40,068 nucleotides of DNA. Source: an uncultured Anaerolineaceae bacterium (GTDB lineage Bacteria; Chloroflexota; Anaerolineae; Anaerolineales; Villigracilaceae). Each line of letters starts with the position of its first letter. Positions within the stretch are counted from its first letter, which is position 1. A program made the position numbers and the translations under genes. Positions 7,828 to 16,149 of this stretch are shown piece by piece. Where the stretch lies: NCBI GenBank assembly GCA_964403635.1, contig CAYOGW010000005.1, positions 6,289 to 46,356 of the forward strand, in the 5' to 3' direction. Below the pieces are notes generated by a model. It was not told the DNA's origin, did no database searches, and saw only the letters and a list, made by a program, of their open reading frames with translations.

Positions 7828-9399
7828 ATGGCTGAAACCGCGATTCCTTCTACCAATTGGTTCCAAAGCACTGGGCAATGGATTTCCACTCAACTTGATA
7901 ATTTTCTTAATTGGATATTTTCACTAACCCATGAAAACGCCGTTTTACGAAATTCTATCCGTTTAATTTTGTTCTTCTTAATCTATGTTGTATTTGTCAC
8001 AACCCAATATAGTAGCGAAGAATGGCAAATTTTGTGGTCAATCTGGTTTCCTGCCGGGTTTACTATTCCACAAGACCCTACTCTTTTGTTAAATATCTTT
8101 TTTGGGATTTTTTTATCCCCCACGGTCGTTCGGCATCTCTTGGCGCTTGTTATTCCTTATTTTTTTATGCGAGAACTTGCTGCGGTTTACTTAGCCGATA
8201 TTTTTGAAAAAGAACACCACATTGCTCGAGACTTCATTGGTCGGGCCGCTTTTGCTCAATCGTATTCCAGTATTCGTATTAGCCAAGGTAAAGTAGTAGA
8301 AGAATATGAAGAATCACCTATAATTCAAATTGGCGGACCAGGGAATATCATTGTTGAACTAGACAGCGCAGTTCTTTTTGAAAAACCAGATGGAACCTAT
8401 ACCATTATCGGACCTACCCCCAATAACACGCGCCAACGCGTTCGATTAGATGGGTTTGACCGCATTCGCCAAGGATTTGACCTAAGAGATTTTTCTGGAG
8501 ACCAGCTTGTTTCTGCCCGCAGCCGAGACGGTATTTTGGTCACAGCAAAAGATGTTCGCTATACTTTTAGTGTGTACCGTGGAGAAAACCCTAAAAAAAC
8601 CCTCGCTCAACCCTATCCATTTGATACAGAAATAATCGCCAATCAGGTTTATAAAGAAGTCCGTGTGGTCATGCCAGAAAAGGTTCCAGATAAACAACAA
8701 CCGGAATGGAAAAAACCCAAGCCGGGTAATATTTACACGAACATTAATACACAATTAGGTAGTTTTATCAGCGAGCACGGCTTAAGTGAATTCCTTTCAG
8801 CGACGGGCTCTCCAGAGCAGACTGAATCAGATAAAACGGAAAAAGAACTGCGGGGAGGTTCGCTAAACGGGGTAGATGGGCACGAAAACGGAAATGGCAA
8901 GGCGGAACTCAATGAAAAAATTCGTGAATTTACATCGCGAGACAAAATTACAAAAATGTTTTATGAAGATGAAGATTTTAAGAAAAACTTAAAAAATAAG
9001 GGATTGCAGCTTAATTGGATCGGGGTAGGCACTTGGGATATTCCGCACGAAATTATTCCTCAGCGACATCTCGAAGCATGGAAAATTAGCCGCGAAAACT
9101 TTGTAAATAAAGACAAAGCAGAATTGGAAAAATTAGAAAAAGAAGCGTTGTTAACTGAATTTGTTCGGCTTATTGATAGTTTAATTTTAACTTGGCAAGA
9201 TACAAAAAATAAATCGTTTGAAGAACAATGTAATATTTTAATTTCAGAGTATCACGAAAAATTAATTGCCGCGCATGATATTTACGAACGAAACGGAGAA
9301 CCGGTGCCGCAAAATCTTTCGGTTGCTATTTATAAACTTAATCAATTGCTGGGTATTAAGTCTTATACGATCAATCCATCTGACCCCGGAGTAGGATAA
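7828..9399 (+). CDS. Membrane protein, divergent SPFH-like paralog of the upstream gene
   Basis: N-terminal TM helices, then 'IIQIGGPGNIIVELDSAVLF...' and 'SRDGILVTAKDVRYTFSVYR' resembling SPFH beta-strand motifs, and a C-terminal K/E-rich coiled coil. Start ATG 7828 lies 1 nt after the stop of the preceding SPFH gene. Confidence 0.4.
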   Translation: MAETAIPSTNWFQSTGQWISTQLDNFLNWIFSLTHENAVLRNSIRLILFFLIYVVFVTTQYSSEEWQILWSIWFPAGFTIPQDPTLLLNIFFGIFLSPTVVRHLLALVIPYFFMRELAAVYLADIFEKEHHIARDFIGRAAFAQSYSSIRISQGKVVEEYEESPIIQIGGPGNIIVELDSAVLFEKPDGTYTIIGPTPNNTRQRVRLDGFDRIRQGFDLRDFSGDQLVSARSRDGILVTAKDVRYTFSVYRGENPKKTLAQPYPFDTEIIANQVYKEVRVVMPEKVPDKQQPEWKKPKPGNIYTNINTQLGSFISEHGLSEFLSATGSPEQTESDKTEKELRGGSLNGVDGHENGNGKAELNEKIREFTSRDKITKMFYEDEDFKKNLKNKGLQLNWIGVGTWDIPHEIIPQRHLEAWKISRENFVNKDKAELEKLEKEALLTEFVRLIDSLILTWQDTKNKSFEEQCNILISEYHEKLIAAHDIYERNGEPVPQNLSVAIYKLNQLLGIKSYTINPSDPGVG

Positions 9400-9421
9400 C
9401 TATACTAGGTGAAATTTAATT

Positions 9422-10366
9422 ATGCTATTTAATCATCCCAATTATCAACCATTCAAACTTTCGTTTGAAGTTAACCGTGCAAATGCTCAAAAACAACCGA
9501 TTGTAGCCCTTGAATCAACCGTAATAACCCATGGCTTACCTCGCCCGCAAAACTTAAATTTGGCACAAGAGATGGAAACCATGGTTCGCGAGAATGGCGC
9601 GACCCCGGCGACCATTGCGCTAATGGATGGATATATTCGCGTTGGTTTAAGCGAAGATGAAATGGAAAAACTCGCGAATGCCCAACAACCCATTAAAGTA
9701 AGCTTGCGAGATTTTGCCACAGGGTTAGCAGGTAAAAGAACCGGTGGAACAACTGTGGCGGGAACCATGTTTGCGGCTCATCGCTGTGGAATACCCGTTT
9801 TTGCAACCGGCGGCATTGGCGGTGTGCATCACGAAGCCCGCTTTGATGTTTCTACTGATTTACAAGCATTATCTAACACCCCAATGATTATTGTCTGCGC
9901 TGGTGCAAAACGAATTTTAGATTTACCCGCCACCTTAGAATATCTCGAAACGATGGCAGTTCCGGTAGTCGGGTATCAAACCAACCATTTCCCAGAGTTT
10001 TATGTTCAAGGCAAAACCTTGCCCGTCAGTGTAAGTTTAGACAGCCCCCAAAATATTATCGAGTTTGCTCACTACCACTGGAATGTGCTAGGAATGAAAT
10101 CGGCTATTTTGGTTTGCCAACAAATTGACGCCAGCCACGCCTTAGATGTGAATCTCGCGGATGAAGCAGAACAGCAGGCATCTCAAGAAATCCGTGAAAA
10201 AGGAATTCGTGGTCAGGCTATTACTCCTTTTGAATTGCAACGTGTCGCCGAACTAACCAACGGAAAATCAATGCGTGCCAACATTGAACTCCTTAAAAAC
10301 AATGCGCGGCTGGCTGCAAAAATTTCAGTAGCCCTGCAAACTCAAAATCATCAACGAATGGCTTAA
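9422..10366 (+). CDS. psuG: Pseudouridine-5'-phosphate glycosidase (PsuG / IndA family)
   Basis: 'IVALESTVITHGLPRPQNL', 'GGTTVAGTMFAAHRCGIPVFATGGIGGVHH' and 'MIIVCAGAKRILDLPATLEYLET' are diagnostic for PsuG. About 310 aa. SD 'aggtga' 9 nt upstream. Confidence 0.85.
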   Translation: MLFNHPNYQPFKLSFEVNRANAQKQPIVALESTVITHGLPRPQNLNLAQEMETMVRENGATPATIALMDGYIRVGLSEDEMEKLANAQQPIKVSLRDFATGLAGKRTGGTTVAGTMFAAHRCGIPVFATGGIGGVHHEARFDVSTDLQALSNTPMIIVCAGAKRILDLPATLEYLETMAVPVVGYQTNHFPEFYVQGKTLPVSVSLDSPQNIIEFAHYHWNVLGMKSAILVCQQIDASHALDVNLADEAEQQASQEIREKGIRGQAITPFELQRVAELTNGKSMRANIELLKNNARLAAKISVALQTQNHQRMA

Positions 10367-10385
10367 TTAATTCCTTCTTACCATA

Positions 10386-10414
10386 AAATAAAAAGCGCCG
10401 AGGCGCTTTTTATT
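10386..10414. terminator. Bidirectional rho-independent terminator between convergent psuG and the repeat-protein gene
   Basis: 'aaaataaaaagcgccgaggcgctttttatttt': GC hairpin gcgc/gcgc flanked by an A-tract and a T-tract. Confidence 0.6.
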
Positions 10415-11377
10415 TTATGGGGTTTTTGTCGGAGTCAAACTAGGCCATGCCGTATCCGTCGGTCTTGGTGTACGGGTTGGCGCTCGGGTAGAGGTTGGCG
10501 GCACCGTTTTGGTTGGCGTTAAAACTGGGGTTGGGCTTGCCATGGCAGTAGCCGTTAAAGTAGGCGTGTCTGAAGCAAGCGGCGTTGGGCTTTCTGTCGG
10601 AACCGGCGTTGGAGCATCTCCGGTAACCACAAAGCGCCCAACCGACTTCCACTCCATACCTACAAAAATCTGCACTTCATAATTCCCCGGCAGCCATTGG
10701 TCTGGTGACGGCTGCCAAAAGGTAGAGCCATAGCCGCCAGTTGTTCCATCCCACGGCGCGGTTTCATAATAAACCAACTGGCCATCACGGTACCACAGCG
10801 CCGTCCACTGCACACCTGGGATCATTTGGTTATAGCTGTACAATACATAAATTCTCCGCAACGGGTTTGCAAATACCGTTGCCTCCCCCAACGGATTAAA
10901 ATTATTATCAATCCCTAGCGCAAACACCAAAGGGCTAAAAACCGCATCTGGGTTGGGGGTCACTTGGCTTTCAAAAGCCACTTCCAAAGCCAACGGAATA
11001 AACGGAGTTGTTGTAATGGTCGGGGTATCCGTTACCAGCGGCGTTTCGGTAATCGTTGGTGTTAAAGTAATCGTTGGGGTCAACGTAATGGTTGGGGTTA
11101 AAGTAATCGTTGGCGAAACGCTTGGGCTCGGTGAAGGCGGAAAATACTGATACGCCACCGGTTCACCATAAAGGCTTAACCCATAACCCCCAGCAAACAA
11201 CACCAATCCAAAGATAATCTGAAACCACCCCCCAGCCACCCGCTGCTGCCGCAACTGAAAAAATGTCAGTTTGCGGCCAGACTGAATGGATTGAAAGCCC
11301 AGCCATATCATCAACAACCCACCGATAACCGCCAAAAAAACAGCGGTTTCTACCCCAGCTTTAATATCCATGTTCAA
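10415..11377 (-). CDS. Membrane-anchored protein with Thr/Pro-rich hexapeptide repeats and a PT-rich C-terminal tail; unknown function
   Basis: Two N-terminal TM helices, then '(TITLTP)x3-TITETP-LVTDTP-TITTTP', a globular Trp/Tyr-rich domain, and a C-terminal 'PTPVPTESPTP...TPRPTDT' low-complexity tail. Confidence 0.65.
   Translation of the reverse strand: MNMDIKAGVETAVFLAVIGGLLMIWLGFQSIQSGRKLTFFQLRQQRVAGGWFQIIFGLVLFAGGYGLSLYGEPVAYQYFPPSPSPSVSPTITLTPTITLTPTITLTPTITETPLVTDTPTITTTPFIPLALEVAFESQVTPNPDAVFSPLVFALGIDNNFNPLGEATVFANPLRRIYVLYSYNQMIPGVQWTALWYRDGQLVYYETAPWDGTTGGYGSTFWQPSPDQWLPGNYEVQIFVGMEWKSVGRFVVTGDAPTPVPTESPTPLASDTPTLTATAMASPTPVLTPTKTVPPTSTRAPTRTPRPTDTAWPSLTPTKTP
11003..11110. repeat. 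Imperfect 18-bp tandem repeats (about 5-6 copies) encoding TPTITL hexapeptides
   Basis: Units 'ggtgttaaagtaatcgtt', 'ggggtcaacgtaatggtt', 'ggggttaaagtaatcgtt' and similar on the + strand. The antisense shadow ORF 10953-11150 is 'VGV' rich. Confidence 0.7.
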
Positions 11378-11418
11378 AATTATACTCGTAACCCTCTTTC
11401 ACTCGTTATAATCAAGTG

Positions 11419-12216
11419 ATGAATGAACTCATTTTTCTAAAATTAGGCGGTTCTTTAATTACTGAGAAAAGCCAGCCGTACACCGTTCGCTTATCCCTGC
11501 TTGCAGATATCGCGGCACAAATCGCCGCCGTTCGGCAGGCTACCCCCAGCCTGTCTCTGGTGCTGGGGCATGGTTCTGGCTCCTTTGGGCATACCGCTGC
11601 CAAACAACACGGCACCAAAGGCGGGGTTTCTAGCCCGCAAGGCTGGCAAGGCTTTAGCGAAGTGTGGTTTCAAGCCGCGACACTTAATCGCCATGTCATG
11701 CAGGCGCTCCACACGGCTGGTTTACCAGCCATCGCTTTTGCTCCTGTTTCAAGTATTACTGCCAAAAATGGTCAAATTTTGTATTGGAACTTAACCCCGA
11801 TTCAAGCTGCCCTGAAAGCTGGTTTAATCCCTGTCGTCTATGGGGATGTAATTTTTGACGAAGCTCTTGGCGGAACCATTCTCTCTACCGAAGATTTATT
11901 TGAACACTTGGCTTATCAGCTAAAACCAAAACGAATTCTGTTAGCTGGCATCGAGGAAGCAGTCTGGGCTGATTTTCCAGCAAAAAAGGAACGGGTGAGC
12001 CAGATTACTCCGAGCTCATTTAATGAGATTAAAGCAGGGGTTGGCAAATCTCAATCAGCAGATGTGACCGGCGGGATGGAATCAAAAGTAAAACAAATGC
12101 TTAATTTAATAGCGAATATTGATGGGTTAACTGCCGAAATTTTTAGCGGTGAAGCTCCAAATAACATCCAAAGAAGCATTAATCACGAACAAACTGGCAC
12201 GCTTATTTGCAAATAA
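11419..12216 (+). CDS. ipk: Isopentenyl phosphate kinase (amino-acid kinase fold; alternative mevalonate pathway)
   Basis: 'LIFLKLGGSLITEK', 'LVLGHGSGSFGH' (catalytic His motif, cf. archaeal IPK 'VHGGGAFGH'), 'LIPVVYGDVIFD' and 'SADVTGGM' all parallel archaeal IPK. A TATAAT at 11407-11412 lies 6 nt before ATG 11419 (GTG 11416 also possible). Confidence 0.7.
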   Translation: MNELIFLKLGGSLITEKSQPYTVRLSLLADIAAQIAAVRQATPSLSLVLGHGSGSFGHTAAKQHGTKGGVSSPQGWQGFSEVWFQAATLNRHVMQALHTAGLPAIAFAPVSSITAKNGQILYWNLTPIQAALKAGLIPVVYGDVIFDEALGGTILSTEDLFEHLAYQLKPKRILLAGIEEAVWADFPAKKERVSQITPSSFNEIKAGVGKSQSADVTGGMESKVKQMLNLIANIDGLTAEIFSGEAPNNIQRSINHEQTGTLICK

Positions 12217-12225
12217 CTTAAAATT

Positions 12226-12258
12226 AAAAACCCCCAGCAAAGGCTAGGGGTTTTTAAT
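12226..12258. terminator. Bidirectional rho-independent terminator between convergent genes
   Basis: 'aaaaacccccagcaaaggctaggggttttt': stem cccc(a)gc/gctagggg with flanking A- and T-tracts. Confidence 0.6.
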
Positions 12259-12274
12259 TTTAAGCATTAATTAA

Positions 12275-13114
12275 CTAAAAGGGGAAAGGTCCAATCCCGC
12301 AATCAACAAACGTGTAGAAAATTGAACCAATGCCGTGATAAGCTGGAATATCAATCGCGCATGAGTCAGGAACAATGGTATCTGGTTCACCGATAAATAT
12401 AGCTGGCAAATCACCTTCTAATTCATCTAAGCAGCCGGGGCCACAGATATCTTCAAAAATAAAATAAAAGACATCGGTAATCTGCTCGTCAGGATGAACA
12501 AAGAAAATCGTATCGCCAGTTTCAGGTTCAGATTCTGAACAATAGTTTCCAACACTAATGGGTGTCATATAATCTTCATCCATCAGGTAGAAAACAAACA
12601 TGGCCATATCTTCACCATCGCCAGTGTCCATAATATCATCAAGTTCTTCTTGAAGGGCTATAAGGGCTGCTTCTTCAGACAAACCTTCACCGATCATGAT
12701 ATTCTCAATATTAAATTGAACACCCCATACAGGGTAGCAAAAATTCTCATTATTCTTTTGCGGAATTACTTCATAGGCAATCCCTTGACCGTCAAATACC
12801 ACCCAGCCCGCCTTACCGGCTTGACCGCCAGAACCGCTTTCAGCCACACAGATCAACATAGTACCGTCGTCGCTGAAATTACAATCCAGACTATATTCAA
12901 CGCCGTCTACCAACAAGTAGCCAGCATCCAATTCAGCTTGAGTCCATTCGCCTGTTACAGCAAATTTAAAAATCAAACCTTTTCCATCACGATGAATGAC
13001 TTCGAGCAAAGTGATCGAACGCCCGCCGTCTGCAAAGGCTGGGCTTGCCTGTGCAAAAAGAAAAATAATAACCATAAAGAAAGCAATAATTCTGGATAGT
13101 AATGTTTTAGACAT
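12275..13114 (-). CDS. Secreted acidic Cys-containing hypothetical protein
   Basis: Signal peptide 'MSKTLLSRIIAFFMVIIFLFAQASPAFA', a strongly acidic (D/E-rich) mature region with 11 Cys, and a 'GPFPF' C-terminus. I recognise no family. Confidence 0.55.
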   Translation of the reverse strand: MSKTLLSRIIAFFMVIIFLFAQASPAFADGGRSITLLEVIHRDGKGLIFKFAVTGEWTQAELDAGYLLVDGVEYSLDCNFSDDGTMLICVAESGSGGQAGKAGWVVFDGQGIAYEVIPQKNNENFCYPVWGVQFNIENIMIGEGLSEEAALIALQEELDDIMDTGDGEDMAMFVFYLMDEDYMTPISVGNYCSESEPETGDTIFFVHPDEQITDVFYFIFEDICGPGCLDELEGDLPAIFIGEPDTIVPDSCAIDIPAYHGIGSIFYTFVDCGIGPFPF

Positions 13115-13301
13115 TTAAATTCTCCTCTTAGAACTAATATAAAATAATTGTACATGAAAAGTCTCATTTTTAATCTAGGATTAATTTATAGTATCAATGA
13201 TTTAATGCTTCAATTAAACAACTCTCTCTTGTAAAACCATGAAATTACACCCATAATAAAGATAGATTAATCAATACAAAACTCGCTTCACGGAGAAATG
13301 A

Positions 13302-15212
13302 ATGAGTAAAAAATTTACCCCAACCAAACTAAACCTGCTCCGCCCCGTCCCTTCTGACATTGATATTGCCCAAGCAGGCACCTTAAAACCCATTTTGCAA
13401 GTTGCTGAAGAGCTTGGCTTGAATGCAGATGAATTAGAACTCTTTGGCAATTACAAAGCCAAAATTAAATTAGAAGTGCTAGACCGTTTAAAAAATGCCC
13501 CCAACGGAAAATATATTGATGTAACCGCCATTACGCCCACCCCGCTGGGTGAAGGCAAAACCACCACCACAGTGGGGTTAAGCCAAGCCTTAGGCGCCCA
13601 CTTAGGAAAGAAAGTGGTCACAGCCATCCGTCAGCCATCACAAGGCCCCACCTTTGGCATTAAAGGTGGCGCGGCGGGCGGCGGATATAGCCAAATTATC
13701 CCCATGGAAGATTTTAATTTACACCTCACCGGCGATATTCATGCCATTACAGCCGCCAACAACCTGTGCGCCGCAGCCATAGACGCGCGCATGTTTCATG
13801 AGAGTCAGCAAGATGATGAAAAATTGTTTAATTCATTATGCCCTCCCAACAAGCAAGGCAAACGGACTTTTTCGCCGCCCATGTTAAAACGCTTGAAAAA
13901 ACTAGGCATTAACAAAACAGACCCAGACCAATTAACGGCTGAAGAACAAAGCCGTTTTGCCCGCTTAGATATAGACCCATCTACCCTGACTTGGCGGCGT
14001 GTTATTGATACAAATGACCGCTTTTTACGCGAAATTGAAGTGGGTCTTGGCCCAGAAGAGAAGGGGAAATCTCGGCGAACGGGATTCGACATCACCGTAG
14101 CCAGCGAGGTCATGGCTATTTTGGCGTTGACCACTTCTTTAGCGGATATGCGCGAACGTATGGGCAATATCGTTTTGGCGACCAACTCCAAAGGTGAAGC
14201 CGTCACCACCGAAGATATCGGCGTGGCGGGTGCCATGACTGTTTTAATGCGCGATGCGATTAAACCCAACTTGCTGCAAACGCTGGAAGGCACCGCCGCC
14301 ATTGTACACGCTGGACCATTTGCCAATATTGCCCACGGACAGTCTTCCATTATTGCGGACAAAATTGCATTAAAACTGGTCGGAGAAGATGGGTACGTGG
14401 TCACAGAATCTGGCTTTGGCGCAGACATTGGCATGGAAAAATTCTTTGGCATTAAGTGCCGCTACAGCGGATTAATCCCGCATGTGGTGGTGTTGGTAGC
14501 CACGGTGCGGGCGCTTAAAATGCACGGCGGCGGCGCGAAAGTTGTTGCCGGAAAACCCCTCGCCAAAGAATATACCGAAGAAAATTTAGACCTTTTAAAA
14601 GCGGGTTTGCCCAACCTAGAACGCCACATTCAAAACGCGCTGAAATATGGCGTTAATGTAGTCGTAGCCGTGAACTCGTTTAAAGATGACACCCCCGCCG
14701 AAGTGGAAATGGTCTGCAAAGCCGCCATGGCTGCCGGAGCAATGGACGCGATTGTTTCTACTCACTGGGCAGATGGCGGCGCTGGCGCAGCCAAATTAGC
14801 CGAAGCCGTGGTAAAAGCAGCTGAAATGCCCAGCAACTTTAAACAACTCTACCCGCTAGAAATGTCTATTAAAGAGAAAATCGAAATCATCGCCCGCGAA
14901 ATCTATCGCGCAGATGGAGTAGATTACAGCCCAGAAGCCGAAAAGAAGATAGAAAGTTACACCAAGCTTGGCTTCGACAAATTGCCCATTTGTAACGCCA
15001 AAACCCACCTTTCGTTTAGTACTGATTCCGAATTAAAAGGAGCCCCCACCGGCTTCAGAATCATGGTTCGAGATGTTCGCGCCAGCGTCGGCGCTGGCTT
15101 CTTATACCCCTTACTCGGAACAATGCGTACCATGCCTGGCTTGCCTACCCGCCCATCCTTCTATGATGTAGACCTAGACCTTGAAACCGGCAAAGTTTTA
15201 GGCTTGTTTTAA
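13302..15212 (+). CDS. fhs: Formate--tetrahydrofolate ligase (long form with internal insertion)
   Basis: '[21 protein letters not shown]' P-loop, '[11 protein letters not shown]' and the overall FTHFS pattern. SD 'ggag' upstream. 636 aa against about 556 aa for classic bacterial Fhs, because of an insertion of about 55 aa after '[11 protein letters not shown]'. Confidence 0.9.
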   Translation: MSKKFTPTKLNLLRPVPSDIDIAQAGTLKPILQVAEELGLNADELELFGNYKAKIKLEVLDRLKNAPNGKYIDVTAITPTPLGEGKTTTTVGLSQALGAHLGKKVVTAIRQPSQGPTFGIKGGAAGGGYSQIIPMEDFNLHLTGDIHAITAANNLCAAAIDARMFHESQQDDEKLFNSLCPPNKQGKRTFSPPMLKRLKKLGINKTDPDQLTAEEQSRFARLDIDPSTLTWRRVIDTNDRFLREIEVGLGPEEKGKSRRTGFDITVASEVMAILALTTSLADMRERMGNIVLATNSKGEAVTTEDIGVAGAMTVLMRDAIKPNLLQTLEGTAAIVHAGPFANIAHGQSSIIADKIALKLVGEDGYVVTESGFGADIGMEKFFGIKCRYSGLIPHVVVLVATVRALKMHGGGAKVVAGKPLAKEYTEENLDLLKAGLPNLERHIQNALKYGVNVVVAVNSFKDDTPAEVEMVCKAAMAAGAMDAIVSTHWADGGAGAAKLAEAVVKAAEMPSNFKQLYPLEMSIKEKIEIIAREIYRADGVDYSPEAEKKIESYTKLGFDKLPICNAKTHLSFSTDSELKGAPTGFRIMVRDVRASVGAGFLYPLLGTMRTMPGLPTRPSFYDVDLDLETGKVLGLF

Positions 15213-15226
15213 TTAATTCACACTTA

Positions 15227-15257
15227 AACAGCCCCTGTATGCAGGGGCTGTTTATTT
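15227..15257 (+). terminator. Rho-independent terminator after fhs
   Basis: Perfect 9-bp stem 'cagcccctg'/'caggggctg' with loop 'tatg', followed by 'tttattttt'. Confidence 0.75.
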
Positions 15258-15306
15258 TTAACCCGCTTTAAACTGATTTCATAATTTTTTATACACGCAG
15301 CAAGAC

Positions 15307-15312
15307 TATAAT
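15307..15312 (+). promoter_or_regulatory. -10-like TATAAT box 7 nt upstream of the wzm ATG (possible leaderless transcript start of the glycan cluster)
   Basis: 'gactataattaattaaATG': tataat at 15307-15312, ATG at 15320, no SD. Confidence 0.3.
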
Positions 15313-15319
15313 TAATTAA

Positions 15320-16147
15320 ATGGATACTCCCCGCTTGCACACCCGTATTTTGCCTGCCAGCCGCCCAACGTTAGGAATAAAAGAGTTATGGGCATACCGA
15401 GAATTGCTTTATTTTATGGTCTGGCGAGATATTAAAGTTCGCTACAAACAAACCTTGTTAGGCGCGGCTTGGGCTATCTTGCAGCCACTTTTAACCATGC
15501 TGGTCTTTAGCTTGTTTTTTGGCAAACTGGCTGGCTTACCTTCAGACGGCATTCCCTATCCCATTTTTAGTTTTGCTGGTCTTGTCCCATGGACATTTTT
15601 TGCCAACGGTTTAACCCAATCTACCGCCAGTTTGGTCAACAGTGCCAACTTAATTAAAAAAGTGTACTTTCCGCGCTTAATTATTCCCATCTCAGCCGTA
15701 CTTTCAGGGCTGGTAGATTTCGCCTTGGCGTTTTTCGTGCTTCTTCTCTTGATGGTCTATTACGGCATACAACTCAACATTAACATTTTTTGGCTGCCGG
15801 TTTTTTTACTGTTAGCCTTAGTTACCTCCCTGGGCGCTGGGTTATGGCTGGCTGCCTTAAACGTCAACTACCGAGATGTTCGCTACATCGCCCCCTTCCT
15901 CGTCCAATTTTGGATGTTTGCTTCACCAGTGGCTTACTCCAGCGGCTTACTTTCAGAACCTTGGCGCACACTGTACGGCATTAACCCGCTGGTTGGCGTT
16001 TTAGACGGCTTCCGCTGGGCTTTACTCGGTATTCAAACCGCCCCCACTGCCATTGTTTGGGTTTCAGCCGCCGCCGCCAGCCTGCTCTTCCTCAGCGGAT
16101 TAATTTACTTTCGCGCCGCCGAAAAAACCTTCGCGGATGTGGTTTAA
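15320..16147 (+). CDS. wzm: ABC-2 type polysaccharide export permease (Wzm / TagG / KpsM family)
   Basis: 'ELLYFMVWRDIKVRYKQTLLGAAWAILQPLLTM' is the canonical ABC-2 N-terminal motif. Six predicted TM helices, 275 aa. Confidence 0.85.
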   Translation: MDTPRLHTRILPASRPTLGIKELWAYRELLYFMVWRDIKVRYKQTLLGAAWAILQPLLTMLVFSLFFGKLAGLPSDGIPYPIFSFAGLVPWTFFANGLTQSTASLVNSANLIKKVYFPRLIIPISAVLSGLVDFALAFFVLLLLMVYYGIQLNINIFWLPVFLLLALVTSLGAGLWLAALNVNYRDVRYIAPFLVQFWMFASPVAYSSGLLSEPWRTLYGINPLVGVLDGFRWALLGIQTAPTAIVWVSAAAASLLFLSGLIYFRAAEKTFADVV

Positions 16148-16149
16148 AA

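Noticed and set aside
10953-11150. 65-aa + strand ORF (VGV-rich)
   Set aside because: It is the antisense shadow of the 18-bp tandem repeats inside the minus-strand repeat protein gene. The repetitive low-complexity translation is not an independent gene.
12650-13099. 149-aa + strand ORF
   Set aside because: It lies entirely antisense within the 12275-13114 secreted-protein gene. It has no start context and is the lower-quality ORF of the two.
13805-14452. 215-aa minus-strand ORF inside fhs
   Set aside because: The opposite-strand fhs frame is highly conserved, so the long antisense ORF is almost certainly spurious.
16057-16149. Upstream extension of wzt (ORF-track start 16057)
   Set aside because: It would overlap 91 nt of wzm in another frame. 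ATG 16150, 2 nt after the wzm stop, yields the canonical N-terminus MSNIAISVQQLGKQY.
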